A DNA stretch of 64,000 bases from Tubulanus polymorphus (GCF_964204645.1 NC_134030.1:7110778-7174777); one strand, 5' to 3'. Counted from the first letter of the stretch, positions 12,101 through 24,600 are shown. The notes: generated by a model from the letters alone, not told the origin. A program made the numbers and translations.

Positions 12101-14536
12101 AAAGTATGTGTCAACACTACTGCTACATACGGGTGACGTCATCAATATGTAAATGCATGCCGTTTTATGCCGAAGAAAGTCTTGCAGGTCTGCCATATTG
12201 TACTTTAAAACAGCACAGGGATTGCTACCAAGTACAACTCGGTAATGAAAATGTAGAAGTGATGTGCGGTAGTGTCGTACTTTTAAAACCCCGCACACTA
12301 GCTACAATATGTTATAACTACATGTATCAATTCAGTATAATGCCTTCTTTTCGTAGCGAAAATGCGTCAAAACCAAAATGTTTGCGGTATTGATGAATGT
12401 CCACCACCATGTCAACAACTGACGTACGATTCACGAATCAGTTACGCGGCTCTGTCGAAGAGTATGGCGAGGAAAATGGCACGAAAAGAGAAACACGACC
12501 TGAACATGTTAGCAGATTACAGAAAGGCCAGAGAAGCACTATATATTATCGACCCGCATCTGGCAGCGATGGGCTTTGCTGCAGTTCTATCTTTCATTAA
12601 ATCGCAAGAGGAATCAAAATCCGCCGTATTAAACACGCACAAAATTATGGTTGATCAAGAAAGAATAATTTCAGATTTGATCTACGTCCAGGGCAGTCTT
12701 CAAAACATTTCGAATTCAGTACGCATTGCGAAAGAAATGTTTTTACGCCATACTAACAGCGAAGCAATCTCCACGACAGTTATTCCAGGTTTGAACACAT
12801 TTAAAACGGCCCTTACTGATACTCTTGATTTAGATTTCGAAGTTATTAACGATTTCCTAGCGAACTCGTCGGTTGCATCACAAATGGATTTTCAAGCATC
12901 GTCTTTAAAAGTTGGTGTGGTATTTCAAAATATGCTTACTACAGCGATATTGACTAGGTCAGTTTTTCAGAATCTAGTCATCAACCTGGTGCAAGATAAA
13001 ACTGTAGCGAGGTATATGATCGATTTGCCCAAAATCACACATCGCCACAGATTATTTCTCGAATCATGTGATACAATGATTACTGCCTGCCATGATTCCG
13101 AAACTAAATTACGCGTCATTCGCAACAGTCAACTAAAACGGGATTGGGACCATTTCTACAATCGAACCGGTCAGTTCTACTCCATTATCAGCGAATTCCA
13201 TAAATCAGCGATTGATCTGAAATCCGTATTAAAAGACGTTGTTTATGGATTAGACCAACTCGAGAATTCCTTTAAAACTCACAAATTAGAGATAACAAAC
13301 GCATATTTGAAGTATTTTCTAATCACATACGCAAACATCATCAGCAAACCTTCATTCTTCAAACCAGTTGGACGCTGGATTTCCCCGACACCAATTAACG
13401 TTATAACTTTGGCCGAAGACATTATCCAAATGAATGAAAATTTCACTGGATGGCTCAAAACAATGATCGCACAGAAACAGATTTCTATAGCAGAATTGAA
13501 TTCTCTGATGCTGAAAAATAAAGACCTACTGGAAAAGTTCGCGGAAGATCTTCGAGTGTTCATGGAATATTCGTTGAAAAAGATGGATGCAGTCGTTAAA
13601 GATCTAGTTCAACTTTGCCAGCCTGCTATAGACTTCTTCTACAACTACATCAGTAAGACCAATTCTACTCTCAATGTACAAGCGTTGGCGGGAATAAAGA
13701 AAAGACTGCAGTTTGCTACCCAAGACGAGGCTAAACTAAGCAAAGTCATGAATGAATTCCACAATGCGCAAAATAGAATGAGAGTTACTAACTCAGTCTT
13801 AGACGATCATATTACGAAGTACAGGAATAGCATTGTCATTAACGAAGACTTTGTAGTGTTAGTATTCATATGAGTTTCTGCAAGTTGTTCCGCGGTTATA
13901 TGTTTTACATTTAACCTCTGACATTTATTACAGGAATAATTACGTATACGTTTCTGTCTACTTTCGAACGCTGAGTTTGGAGACGTTGAAAAAGTCTAAA
14001 GGATATTTGTGGTTTTCGTTAATTTGTAAGTAAATAGTAGTTGATTATGCAAACAGGTTATCATAGTTAGATGTAATACTGATATAACTTAGAATTTATA
14101 TAGGTACCTTGATACACAAATTTTAATTCCAAAAATAAAATTGAATGAATTGATCAATACATTGGTTTTTACAGACCAATAGGCCAAGTGAATTTTGTGT
14201 TAACATGAATTGCCTATGCTAGGTGGCTTAAGCCAGATTCCAAGCAATGACTTAGATAAACTATTATTAGTGGATTGTTGAGTCCCTTGAGTATTGTAAC
14301 CGTGGACGATAAAATGAACATTTTAGTAGATTCAGAAAGAGAGTTTGAAATAAAATATATAATGAATCCGACATGTTACATTCGTTTCTCATTCTCATAT
14401 TTTAGGTGATATAGGTGGCTCTGCCGGGCTTTACTTAGGCGCATCTTTATTGGCTATTGCCGAGGTCTTCTGGTTTTTCGGATCTCAACTCGTGTACCGT
14501 TTGAGGCGGCTGCGACGAGTACACGCTGGTGAATAA
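9148..14536 (+). CDS. DEG/ENaC channel paralog C with giant knuckle insertion (~906 aa)
   Basis: Exons 9148-9281, 10915-11085, 11161-11358, 11452-11570, 11644-11825, 12049-12241, 12357-13857, 13934-14025, 14406-14536 join in frame. Motifs: TAFHGVRYI, TM1 CIWLLLFLGMTGAFIYQV, FPAVTICN, YGQCLGFN, 10-Cys thumb, CDIGGSAGLYLGAS. Confidence 0.92.
9584..9892. mobile_element. ~310 bp MITE with TAC..GTA termini (IS3EU-like) in intron 1 of copy C
   Basis: TACGG(AG)AAGAGCATTGCGGCCAC / GTGGCCGCAATGCTCTTCCGTA; internal CGAAATTTCGA repeats; flanks CATGCC/GATACC. Confidence 0.8.
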
Positions 14537-15261
14537 TCAACAATAAATATTGATGGAAATGTAATTATATGACGTCACCGTGGCAAAGTGTCGACCTGGA
14601 GTGAAACTATTTCGTACAAATCAGAACCATATCAATGCCATCTCATCTCTGTCATCATTTACCACTGATTCATGCTTTTAATGTTCAGATTAAGCACATC
14701 GTCATCTCCCGTTTAATATGTTACGAGTTCAAGTTAGGATAGCTTTTGATTTATCTTTGAAATATCCTTGTTACTGAATTCCGCAGTATCTTGTTTTATT
14801 GTACTACGAAATAAAGAAAACGTCACTTATTCACTGCAAGTTTCAAATAAATCAAGATAAGAAAGATTTTGTTTCCTCTGTGTGTACTGGAATCCATTTT
14901 AGCGGACTAAGAATAATCAAGCAGTTCAATCGCGCTTGGAAAGTATACGTACTGCGATAGCAGTCAAAAAGATCTGTGATTACGGGGACAATAATTCTTT
15001 CGATGAGCGGTTCTTACTTTTCGATTGATCAATGGATTTTCGTTTGACTGGAAAAAACAGATCCTCTATATAAGTTTGTCTGACGATTCGGTAGATTAAA
15101 CTTAAAAGTAGCTGAAGTCTTTACTGCTATTGCCATCTGTACACAATCAAATAGACCCGCATTAATAACATATAGCTGCTCTAAATCGAATAACGATGCA
15201 GTAACGACTAACGATATGTTTAAGTGTAACCATTTAAGGTCTGTATTTGATTTTTCTTACT

Positions 15262-16233
15262 TCATTTTGAGCAATTTCGATACATCGAATCGACGACAGG
15301 ATTTGATTTTAGTCTTATATCGTACACCCATTCGTGCAGTAAACGTTCGCCAACCATCAAACGTTCGTTCATCATTCCCGCATCGCAGCGCCTCTCAACG
15401 AACGGTAAATACGGCCGAAGATTCGCGCAGTCAGTTTTATCCGGGGTTGTTCCCGACTCCCTCCTGTGATTCCAGTAACCGGCTTTACATTCGCGGTCAA
15501 CATCACCGTACATCGTCGTGACCACTTTCTCGGTATGTCTGGGCGCCGGTAGCCACATACCGTTAAACGGTACGTTCACCAATGGGTGAACGTCAGCGGA
15601 AGATATAATAAGCTTATCGTTCCGAGAGTCGTAAACGCTACCGTTAGATTCATACGACGGCCACATATCAACGAACGGCCATCTCCACGGGTACTTGTGA
15701 AACGCGCTCGATTTGCCGATTCGAAATAATTTCCACTGACCTTTGAAGTCCTTTCTCGAATGAATTTTTAAATTAATCGGTGGTTTATTACCCTTGGCGA
15801 ATACATCGTCCCTGAGTTTGGCTAAATCTGACTGCGGTATCAAAACATCGTAATCGTCGTCCCACGGTACGAGGCCATGGTGCCTATAGGCGCCTATCAG
15901 CGAACCTCCGTGCAGCATGTAAGTGAGATTATTTTGTTTCATTAGTACGTCGAAATCCCTGATTAGCTCCAGGAATTCTCGTTTATCCTGCGGATTTTGA
16001 CCGAGTTTGAACCTGGTTAGTTTCATGATCGCCGGAAAGTGGGGATACTCATGAACGTGTTTCTTTAAACCGAGCTTCACCGTTCTTAATCGTTCGTCGA
16101 TGGAATACGCCGAATAGGCAGCGGCAAAAATCTCAAACTGATGTAAAACGTACATCACAATTATCATAAACGATAAAAAACAAAGACAGAAGAACTTGCG
16201 GTGTTGTAAAGCCGTTGACCACATAGCCGCCAT
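15262..16233 (-). CDS. LicD-family (fukutin/FKRP-related) phosphotransferase, type II membrane protein, 323 aa
   Basis: Single coding exon; N-terminal signal anchor FFCLCFLSFMIIVMYVL; nucleotidyltransferase-fold motif HGGSLIGAYRHHGLVPWDDDYDV; WPFVDMW and PAPRHTEKVVTTMYG are typical of LicD proteins; splice acceptor (tttgcag) just 5' of the ATG. Confidence 0.9.
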   Translation of the reverse strand: MAAMWSTALQHRKFFCLCFLSFMIIVMYVLHQFEIFAAAYSAYSIDERLRTVKLGLKKHVHEYPHFPAIMKLTRFKLGQNPQDKREFLELIRDFDVLMKQNNLTYMLHGGSLIGAYRHHGLVPWDDDYDVLIPQSDLAKLRDDVFAKGNKPPINLKIHSRKDFKGQWKLFRIGKSSAFHKYPWRWPFVDMWPSYESNGSVYDSRNDKLIISSADVHPLVNVPFNGMWLPAPRHTEKVVTTMYGDVDRECKAGYWNHRRESGTTPDKTDCANLRPYLPFVERRCDAGMMNERLMVGERLLHEWVYDIRLKSNPVVDSMYRNCSK

Positions 16234-17388
16234 GTTTCTCTCGTGTCCTGCAAAATTCGATCGCTAATTATCTAAACGCCTCCGAAAACGAAAATAGCAC
16301 TTTCTAGATATTTTCAACACAACCTATCGGAACGTGGCTATCAACGTTACTGGATGGATTCTGAATCGATAATTATTGAATTAATGGACATTATCTTGTT
16401 TACCCCATATGTTGTGCGATGGCTGTTTGAGTAGCTGCGAGTTCCAATGAGAATAGATAATCTGCGAATCGGTAAACAAAATGGTGCAAACGTCAATGTA
16501 CCAGGTGTAAGTGAACATTGTTCGAATATTTTCTGACGACACATCTTTGGATCGGGATCGTGCTACGCCGTAGATTTGTGAAAATAAAATGTTAATCTTA
16601 TGTGGCATTTTGTCCAAACATTTCATTTTAATGATAAAGTGAAATAATGCGTAACATATCTATCTATCTATGAAGCAGTGGCTTCGACATAATTTAGATT
16701 TTTTTAACGCCGTAAAAACCGTTGTGCGAGTCGATGTGCACTACGTTATCAATATTGGCGTTTCAAAATAACAAATAACAATTGCAATCGTGTATTTTGG
16801 GGTTTGTTTTATTGAAATTAGAAATATTTCATTACTCTTATTTCATATTTTATGAATTCTAGGATTATTTTCGACAGGATATGCAATACGTCATCGCCGT
16901 ATCGGGGCTAGACTGGTTGCCGGTCAATTCTATTTATCTTTATTTCAATAAATACTTCATCAGTTATTTTGATTATTGCAAAGTCAATAAAAGTCAATTG
17001 CAAAGTCAATTCAATAAAATATTAAACATAACTTAATTGGACCCTTAACATTATACAACTTAACCATGTTCAGCATAGTAGCTTTAAGTTATATTATGTA
17101 CCGTATATATGTTTTATTCGCGATTTGAATTACAATTTGAAGTAGCAAGAATAGATACAAAATAATGTTATATAAGACGCTGGACGACAGGTGAAGTTAA
17201 AATAAACTTATTACCTGAAGTCGCCCAAAGTTAATTAGACAAATCGTTTAGATGAACTAGAAAATTGATCTTTGTGTGTTATTTTTATACGTGTAGTTTG
17301 TGATCATTTTAAAGGCTCCTCACACACCTGGTGGATTCTTGATTTCCACGGGCGGTGTTCCATTGTTATGATGAAATAAAAAGTCATA

Positions 17389-20300
17389 TCAGTGTCTGGT
17401 GAAATAACTTTTGTACAATTTGAATATTCGAGTCCTCAGAATAAAGCAAGCAAAAATCAAAAATCCTTGCGAACCGTTGAAAACGGTATAAATCAATTTG
17501 AATGTGTAATTACCGCGACTCGCGATCAGCCCAAAATACCAATTCAAACCCATAATCAAAGACAACTTTGTTACGAGGATAAAATTACGATCGGGTCGTC
17601 TTGTATTTCTTGTCATTTCCGACTCCTTTCTCGCGCGACAGATCGATTGAATGGTCAGAACGAAGAAAGTTAAATTAGCCGCGCATATGACGGCGATAGG
17701 AACGAGAAATGTGTACAGAAGCTGCGTATAGTTAGAAATCCAACATACGTGAGCGTTAGCGTACATGAAACCGATATGCGGAAGCGTGTACGCGATCGCG
17801 ATGCAGCTACCGACGAGAACAGCTGGCATGAACCACGCATACGCGCAGTAACCCCGTAGACGTGTCATCTGGTCGGCGCGGGTCCCTGTCTCGATCCCGG
17901 CCGGTGTAGCGAACGTGCGGTATGTGTCGTAACCAATTACGTTCGACCAAAAGAACACGACGAGCCACAGATAGTGAACTAACATACCGATTACTGCGCA
18001 GAGCACTGGGCGGGATAGTACCGATGACTGAAATACGACGGTGTTAAATAAAAGCATGACCAAAAATAACGATGCTGACATGTGCATGAGATTTATACCC
18101 GGTAAAGATCGGAGCGATCGAAATACCGTGTAGGTTAAGAGCAGAACTGCAAGTCCGATCAGCGATAACGCACTTGTTACAACAGTGATCATCTCTTCAA
18201 CGTCTGTATCGAGATCCTTCGTCAAATTGATCGTATCGAAACAAACGATGGCGGAGTTTCCTGCTAAATGAAACTGGAAAGGACTCAACAGTACGTCTAA
18301 ACCATCAGCGGTCACCAGTCGGTGTTTCTGCCCGGTAGAAAGAAGGAATTCTCGACTGAAAATAACCTCCGAATCGCATCGATTGTCACAAATAGTCAAG
18401 TATCGTTGCGGAACTTCCCCACGTCGAACGACGTATTCCAGAAATACGCCCGATGTTTTACGTAGGGGTAGCCACTGGGTACGCCGCTTGGTGGCGTTAG
18501 TAGCTGAAACGAATGACACGTATTCGATGCCTTGTTGATCTAAGATCGTGTAACTAGTATCATCAACGAGCTCGATTATTTTCTCTGGTAGACATTCTTT
18601 CAGGTCCGCGTAACGATGATTCCTAACTCGTAGTTCAAACTTTGAATCGTCAAATTTACAGCGAGCGTTCGATGCATTGACGGCACCGGTCATTCTGTCG
18701 AGCAGATTTTTCTCAGTCGTTTCGGTATAAAAGGCCGATGACAGGTCAATCGAAAATGAACAGCAATTATCATCGATCCGAAATGATATCGACAGGTTTT
18801 TTAAATTCGCTTTAAACGACTCGAAAAAGAAATCCTTCATCTTGTCCGTCAAGGAAATGATTGCAGTGACATCAGATGCGCAATTAAACGAAACGGATGA
18901 TTCGACATGAATCAGGCGTCTAGGCTCCACCGAGGGAAATTGCTCTTTATATTCTTCAACGTCCGAACACTGGCCATTCAGTGCATTAAAGAGTGTTCCC
19001 GGCGTTTGGCAATTCGGTAACTTTTGAACGAGACGATTGGTGTTCGAATCAATCAGTTGAGTCTCTATCAACATCGGTCGGGATAAATCGAATAGAACGG
19101 ATAAAACAGGCCTTTCATAATTTTTCATAACATCCGTCGGGAAGGCGCATTCGAAATCACTTCGTTCGTAGCCGTTACAGATAGCGCAGTGTATGTTTCT
19201 AAAGACCAGATTATTTTTGTTTTTAATGTAAATGGGCTCCACGTAGCTTTGACACGTCGTGTACCAAGGGTTCTTCGAATCGAGGCATTCTACGATCTGT
19301 TTCTTATTCTTAGAATCAAAACATTGCATTTCGTGGTTCGGAGAGTATTTCCACTCAATCTGTGGCACGTAGTAACCAGCGCGTAACCTCTCGAAAAGGC
19401 GACCATCGTCGCGAAAAGACACCGACTTAGCTTTAGGGCCCGGAGAATGAAAGCGTATATGGACCGGTGTCAAGGCGCTAGAGTCGATGTCTTCCACGTG
19501 GCAGCGAAGGCAAAAATAATTACGAAAGAGAAGATCGTCGTAGAAAACTGGCGTATACTCGACTAAATCGTTGATCGATGAATTCCAGCCGATATCGATC
19601 GGGTGTTCACACCGTCGTTTGATCGATGAATCAAACCGATTACTTGCGGGTGGACACCGCGAAACTGACCAATAGTTCCCAAGATTATTGTAACTGAAAT
19701 AGGAGACTTGAAATGAGCTGCATAAGACATAATTTACGATGGACGACGGAAATGGTGTTGCCGTGGTCGTGTTAGTGGCACAACTCGTGGCATAACTTTT
19801 GCAACAAATTCCCATCATGACGCACGTTTCTTCACACGAACAAACTGTCGTTTTTCTTCCACATTCACAGTCGGACCTCGCGCACTGCGGACTCGTGATC
19901 GCTGTGCGATTTTCACTCATTCCTGAAAAGCAAATTATGATAGCAATTTATTTTCGAAGGTAAATTACGTATTTATAGAAGCATTCACACGGGAGGCCTT
20001 ATCATCATTTTTAGGCCCAGTGCACGCATATAGCTATCACCATAAGAAGAACATCGCGAGAAAATATCACTCTTGAAGATGAATGAATGCCTTTGGTACA
20101 GTGGGCTTCATGTATTCAACTGAGTCACCAGTATATAGAATTTTACGCATGCATAGCTTGTGAAATCAACGTAAAAAAACTTGTATCACTGAAATTTTAG
20201 TAGTTCTATTGCTAAATCCATAACAAGCAAAAACAACGACAAAACACGTTTTTCGGCAATTGTTAAAATCGTACAACGTTATATACGTAACATATAATGT

Positions 20301-20973
20301 GAGAGAATCGCAGTAGTGATAAGAGCCGAAGAAAGGTGAAAATGTAGGATATAACATCAGACAACACAACGTCAAAAGCTGGCTGATGATCATTTTCACT
20401 CATTCCTGAAAAGCAAAGTTAAATAGCAATTCATTTTTGGATTTAGTTTACGAATTTATAGAAGTCTTCATACGAGAGGTCTCATTATCCTTCTTGGGCC
20501 CAGTGCACACGTAGTGCTATCACCAAAAGAAAAATCTCGCGAGAAAATTGAATAGATGTATAATCCTTGTACAGCGGTCTTAATGTATCAAATCGAATCA
20601 CCAGTATTTTTGCGCATGCATACCTTTGTGATATCAACGTGAAAAAACTTCTGTTACTGAAATTCATTTAGTTCTTTTGCAAAATCCATGACAAGCAACA
20701 ACAACGACAAAACTCGTTTTTCGGAGATTTTTAGTATCGTAGAGCGTTACATTAGATGTGAGAGAATCGCAGTGAATGATAAGATTTTAAAACCGAAGAA
20801 AGCCAAAAATGTAAAGAGATAACATTAGACAACAAGACGTCAAAAGCTGGCTGATGTTCATGTCACGTTCTGTGCAGATCTATGATAGAGTCGGGCGACG
20901 ATTTTCACTCACCTTTAGCCGCAGCTGCGGTTGAGAATAACACGTAAAGACGCATCAAACGAATCGGTAGCAT
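17389..20973 (-). CDS. Secretin/adhesion-class (7tm_2, Mth-like) GPCR with Cys-rich somatomedin-B-like ectodomain, ~864 aa
   Basis: Signal-peptide exon 20973-20913 (MLPIRLMRLYVLFSTAAAAK, phase 1) splices in frame to exon 19922-17389. CSCEETCVMMGICCKSY, two FRNxxCxxC repeats, seven hydrophobic helices with LRSLPGINL, HYLWLVVFFW, YAWFMP, CWI and QGFLIF class B motifs. Confidence 0.88.
19907..20911. repeat. Tandem duplication (~480 bp unit) of the GPCR intron, including its splice acceptor
   Basis: ATTTTCACTCATTCCTGAAAAGCAAA at 19909 and 20392, with the following ~470 bp alignable by eye (e.g. GGCCCAGTGCAC and CGTCAAAAGCTGGCTGATG in both). Confidence 0.85.
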
Positions 20974-21637
20974 GGCGGAGATGATATCTTCCTCGTGCTG
21001 GTATTGTGTGTATCCGAAGAATAACCTTTTATCATCGCTTCCGCACCCATTATCGAACATACATGTATATAAACATTGGACAAATTAAATCAGCATCTTT
21101 CTCTATCTTACGGGCAAGACGTATTATCTATATCAGATAATGGACTTTTTACATTTAGCTAAATTGTATTTACTGCATTACTATATAATTTACAGGTGAG
21201 TTATATTGTTAGTTTAGAAAGATCATGCTCCGTAAGAATTAAATGAACTATACTATGTGTATGAGTATATATTCTACTAAATAAGGCACGAATCTTAACC
21301 TCGTACGTGGCTCCATCCAGTGTATCCTAAAACCCATCTCGTCGAGGCTTTATCCGAAAATTTATCTGAGGCTTTATCTTTTACGTCCGGCTTTTACCGA
21401 AACTGCATCCCTTTCTCCAGAATAAAATGAGTAAAATCACATATTGCATGTATTTAAACGTATATGAATGTGGTTATTACAAATGTAGGTTTATTTACAA
21501 ATGATAGTAATAAAGTGTAAACAGGTTTTTGTTCTGAATTTCGGTATCGTGTCTAGTTTAATGAGAGATAATGAATCAGTAATATGTATGATTATCAAGT
21601 GATCAAAATGAAAGACTGGCGGCGTTTCGTCCCGTTT

Positions 21638-24600
21638 CTAAATCGGAGACGTGATCGCATTGATATGGTTCTCATTTCTACCAAATCGATTCGCTTCACA
21701 TCCGTTCTTCGTCTCGGTGACGCCATCTTGTTCGTCCTGTTTATCAGTGCGCTTTCGTCGCAGCCGCTTCAAGAGGTACACGAGTTGAGATCCGAAAAAC
21801 CAGACGACCTCGGCAATCGCCAGTAGTGATCCGCCTAAATAAAGCCCGGCAGAACCACCTATATCACCTAAAATACGAGAATGAGACACGAATGTAACAC
21901 AGAATTCACGATATAACGATCTCCTTATAGGTATGTAACACATTTTATCAACATCAGGCATAATCTCTTTGGATGGATATTCTTAAACGATGTATGCTCA
22001 TTTTGCCGTAGTAAAAATAAGGACTCTACAGGTAGCAAATAAGGACTCTACAGCCCGATATTATAGAATCGAGAATCAATGCATTGTCTCTGAAGCGTAA
22101 CTTAAGTCACTGTAAAAACCCACAACGCCGTTTGCATTCCGGATCTACCAAGCATATATCATATATACTAATGAATTCTAATCGAGACTTATTCATAAAA
22201 GAAAATATACGACAATCTGATAATTCTTAATTCTCTTAGTTTTTTTTCATTTAGATTGTATAAGTAAAACACCAAGTTTCTATTGAATGATTAAACATTT
22301 TATCAATTTCGTGTACTTACAAACCAACGAAAACCACAAATATCCTTCAGACTTTTTCAACGTCTCCAAACTCAGCGTTTGAAAGTAGACTGAGACGTAT
22401 ACGTAATTATTTCTGGAAATATAAGTCAGAAATCGAACGTAATAACTAAATTACCACCGGAAACAGCTTGTAGAACTTCCTAACAAGAATACTAACACTA
22501 CAAAGTTTTCACCAATGACAATGCTGTTCCGATACTTTGTCACATGATTGTTTAAGAGCGAGTTTGCAAGCGTCAATTCAGTTTGCGCCTCGAGATATTT
22601 TTTCATAGTTTCTGTTAATTCATTATTTTCTTCGACGATGTACTGAAGTTTTTTCTTCATTTTCGCCAATGATGTTCTAGCATCAGCAGGAATCATATAA
22701 CTGAGCATCTTTCCGATGAAGTCTCTTGCAGGTTGGCTACGCCGGTCCATATCTTTAACGACCGAGGATATCACTTTCAACGAATTATCCATGAACGTTT
22801 GTAGATCTAGCGGGAACTTCTCCAGTAGCTCTTTATTATCAAACATCAAAGAATTTAAGTCCACCATGGAAATCTGTTTCTGCGCGATCATTGTTTTAAG
22901 CCGTCGAGTGACATTCGCGTTTATTACTTCAATGTCGTCGCTCAATGTTACTATGTTGATAGGTGTAGGGAAAAGTATCCGTTTAGCTGCGCCATACTTC
23001 ATAGGTGCGCTGATACTGTTTTCATATAAGATTGTAACATATTTCAGATATAAGTCGGACAAATCTATTCTGGAGGTCTTTAATGAATTCACAAGATCAT
23101 CAAATATATAAACAACAGTATTCAATTTGGTTTTCAGATCAATCGCAGATTTTTCGAATTCATCGATAATGCCAGGAAACTGACCGGTTAGATTGTAGAA
23201 ATTGTCCCAATACCGTCTTGATTGATTTTTACCAACATCGTATAACTTTACCTTAGAATCATTACAGGCAGTAATCAATGCGTCACATGATTCTTGAAAG
23301 CTTTTAATACTACCAATAATTGTTGGATAATTGATCAATGACTTCACGAAAGTTGTATATTCTCTGAAGTTGGTATATAGATCCTGAAAAGCTAGCCGAG
23401 TCGATATCGCTGTGTTAAGCATATGTTTGTTTACGAAACCGACATTTGAAAACGCTTCTTGAAAATTTATTTGCGATACAGCCGACGAGTTCGTTAGGAA
23501 ATCATTTATCACTTTGAAATCTGAAACAAGGGTCTCGTTAAGGGCTGTTTTGAAGTTTACCAAGCCCGGAATAACTATCGTGGAGATTTTTTCCAATTCG
23601 GTATAGCGTAAATAATTCACTTTCTCCGCTCGTACAGATATTGACATTTCTCTAAGTTTTTTTGCGACGTAGAGCTTATCGGAATAGATGATTTTATCTT
23701 GATCCTCCAGAAAATCGCTTACGTTTTTTATGACCATTTCAGATTTTTCTAGTGATGAAACAAAATTGAAAACCGTAGAAAAGCTCGCATTCGCCAGACG
23801 AGGGTCAGCGTTATATAGAGCTTCTCTTGCCATTTTGTAATCTGCTAACATGTTCAGATTGTTTTTCTCTTTTTGTGCCATTTTCCGCGCCATGCTTTTC
23901 GACAGAGCCGCGTAACTGATTCGTGAATCGTACGTCAGTTGTTGACAAGGTGGTGGACATTCCCTAGTGCCGCAAACTGTTTGATTTCGACGCATTCTCG
24001 CTTTAAAATTAAAAGAAATGACAATTATATAACGTATACAGAATAAGTGAAGGGACAAGACGGTTGCCGGTATGTGCGAGGCATCGATCTAAGATCTGGT
24101 GAGTGAGTGCTAGTGCACCGATAACCACTTCCCTTTCCCTTACCGAGTTCTAGTTGGTAGCAATATCTGTGCTGTTCTAAAGTACAATACGGCAGACCTG
24201 CGGTACTGTCTTCGGCATAAAACGGCAGGCATTTACATATTGATGACGTCACCCGTATATAACAGTTATGTTCGCACATACTTTGTCTTTGGGCGTATTT
24301 CATGCAGTTTCCGTACGGATCTTGCAATTCGGTCGTCTGAAATGAAACCGAATAGACAGACGTTTTTATTTTTGGGTTGAATGATACAGGAAACTAATAA
24401 CAGCTCATCTTTCTTAAAAAAAGTATCTTGAAAGGGATTCAATGAATGCAAATGATAAATTGCCAGCATATTTTACTGCATTCGCCAATTCACTTATGTA
24501 CACCAACGTTCTAACTCTACAGTTTACCTTTTTAGCTTGAACATCGATAAGCGCACTCATTGAGGGCGGTACAGATAACGACAAATCTTTCATACGAATT

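Noticed and set aside
12600-13800. Two-fold internal repeat within the knuckle insert
   Set aside because: Only vague periodic similarity by eye; it would need RADAR/HHrepID or a structure model to support.
15262-16233. LicD gene as a recent bacterial horizontal transfer
   Set aside because: It has a Golgi-type signal anchor and an upstream splice acceptor, and LicD/FKRP-like genes are common in animals; an intronless CDS alone is not evidence. A phylogeny would be needed.
22716-23111. Recurring antisense ORFs opposite exon 7 (also 13279-13563, 30100-30480, 38182-38364, 44942-45223, 52459-52653, 63747-63974) and opposite exon 6
   Set aside because: Shadow frames of the conserved sense codons; variable starts and stops and no independent motifs.
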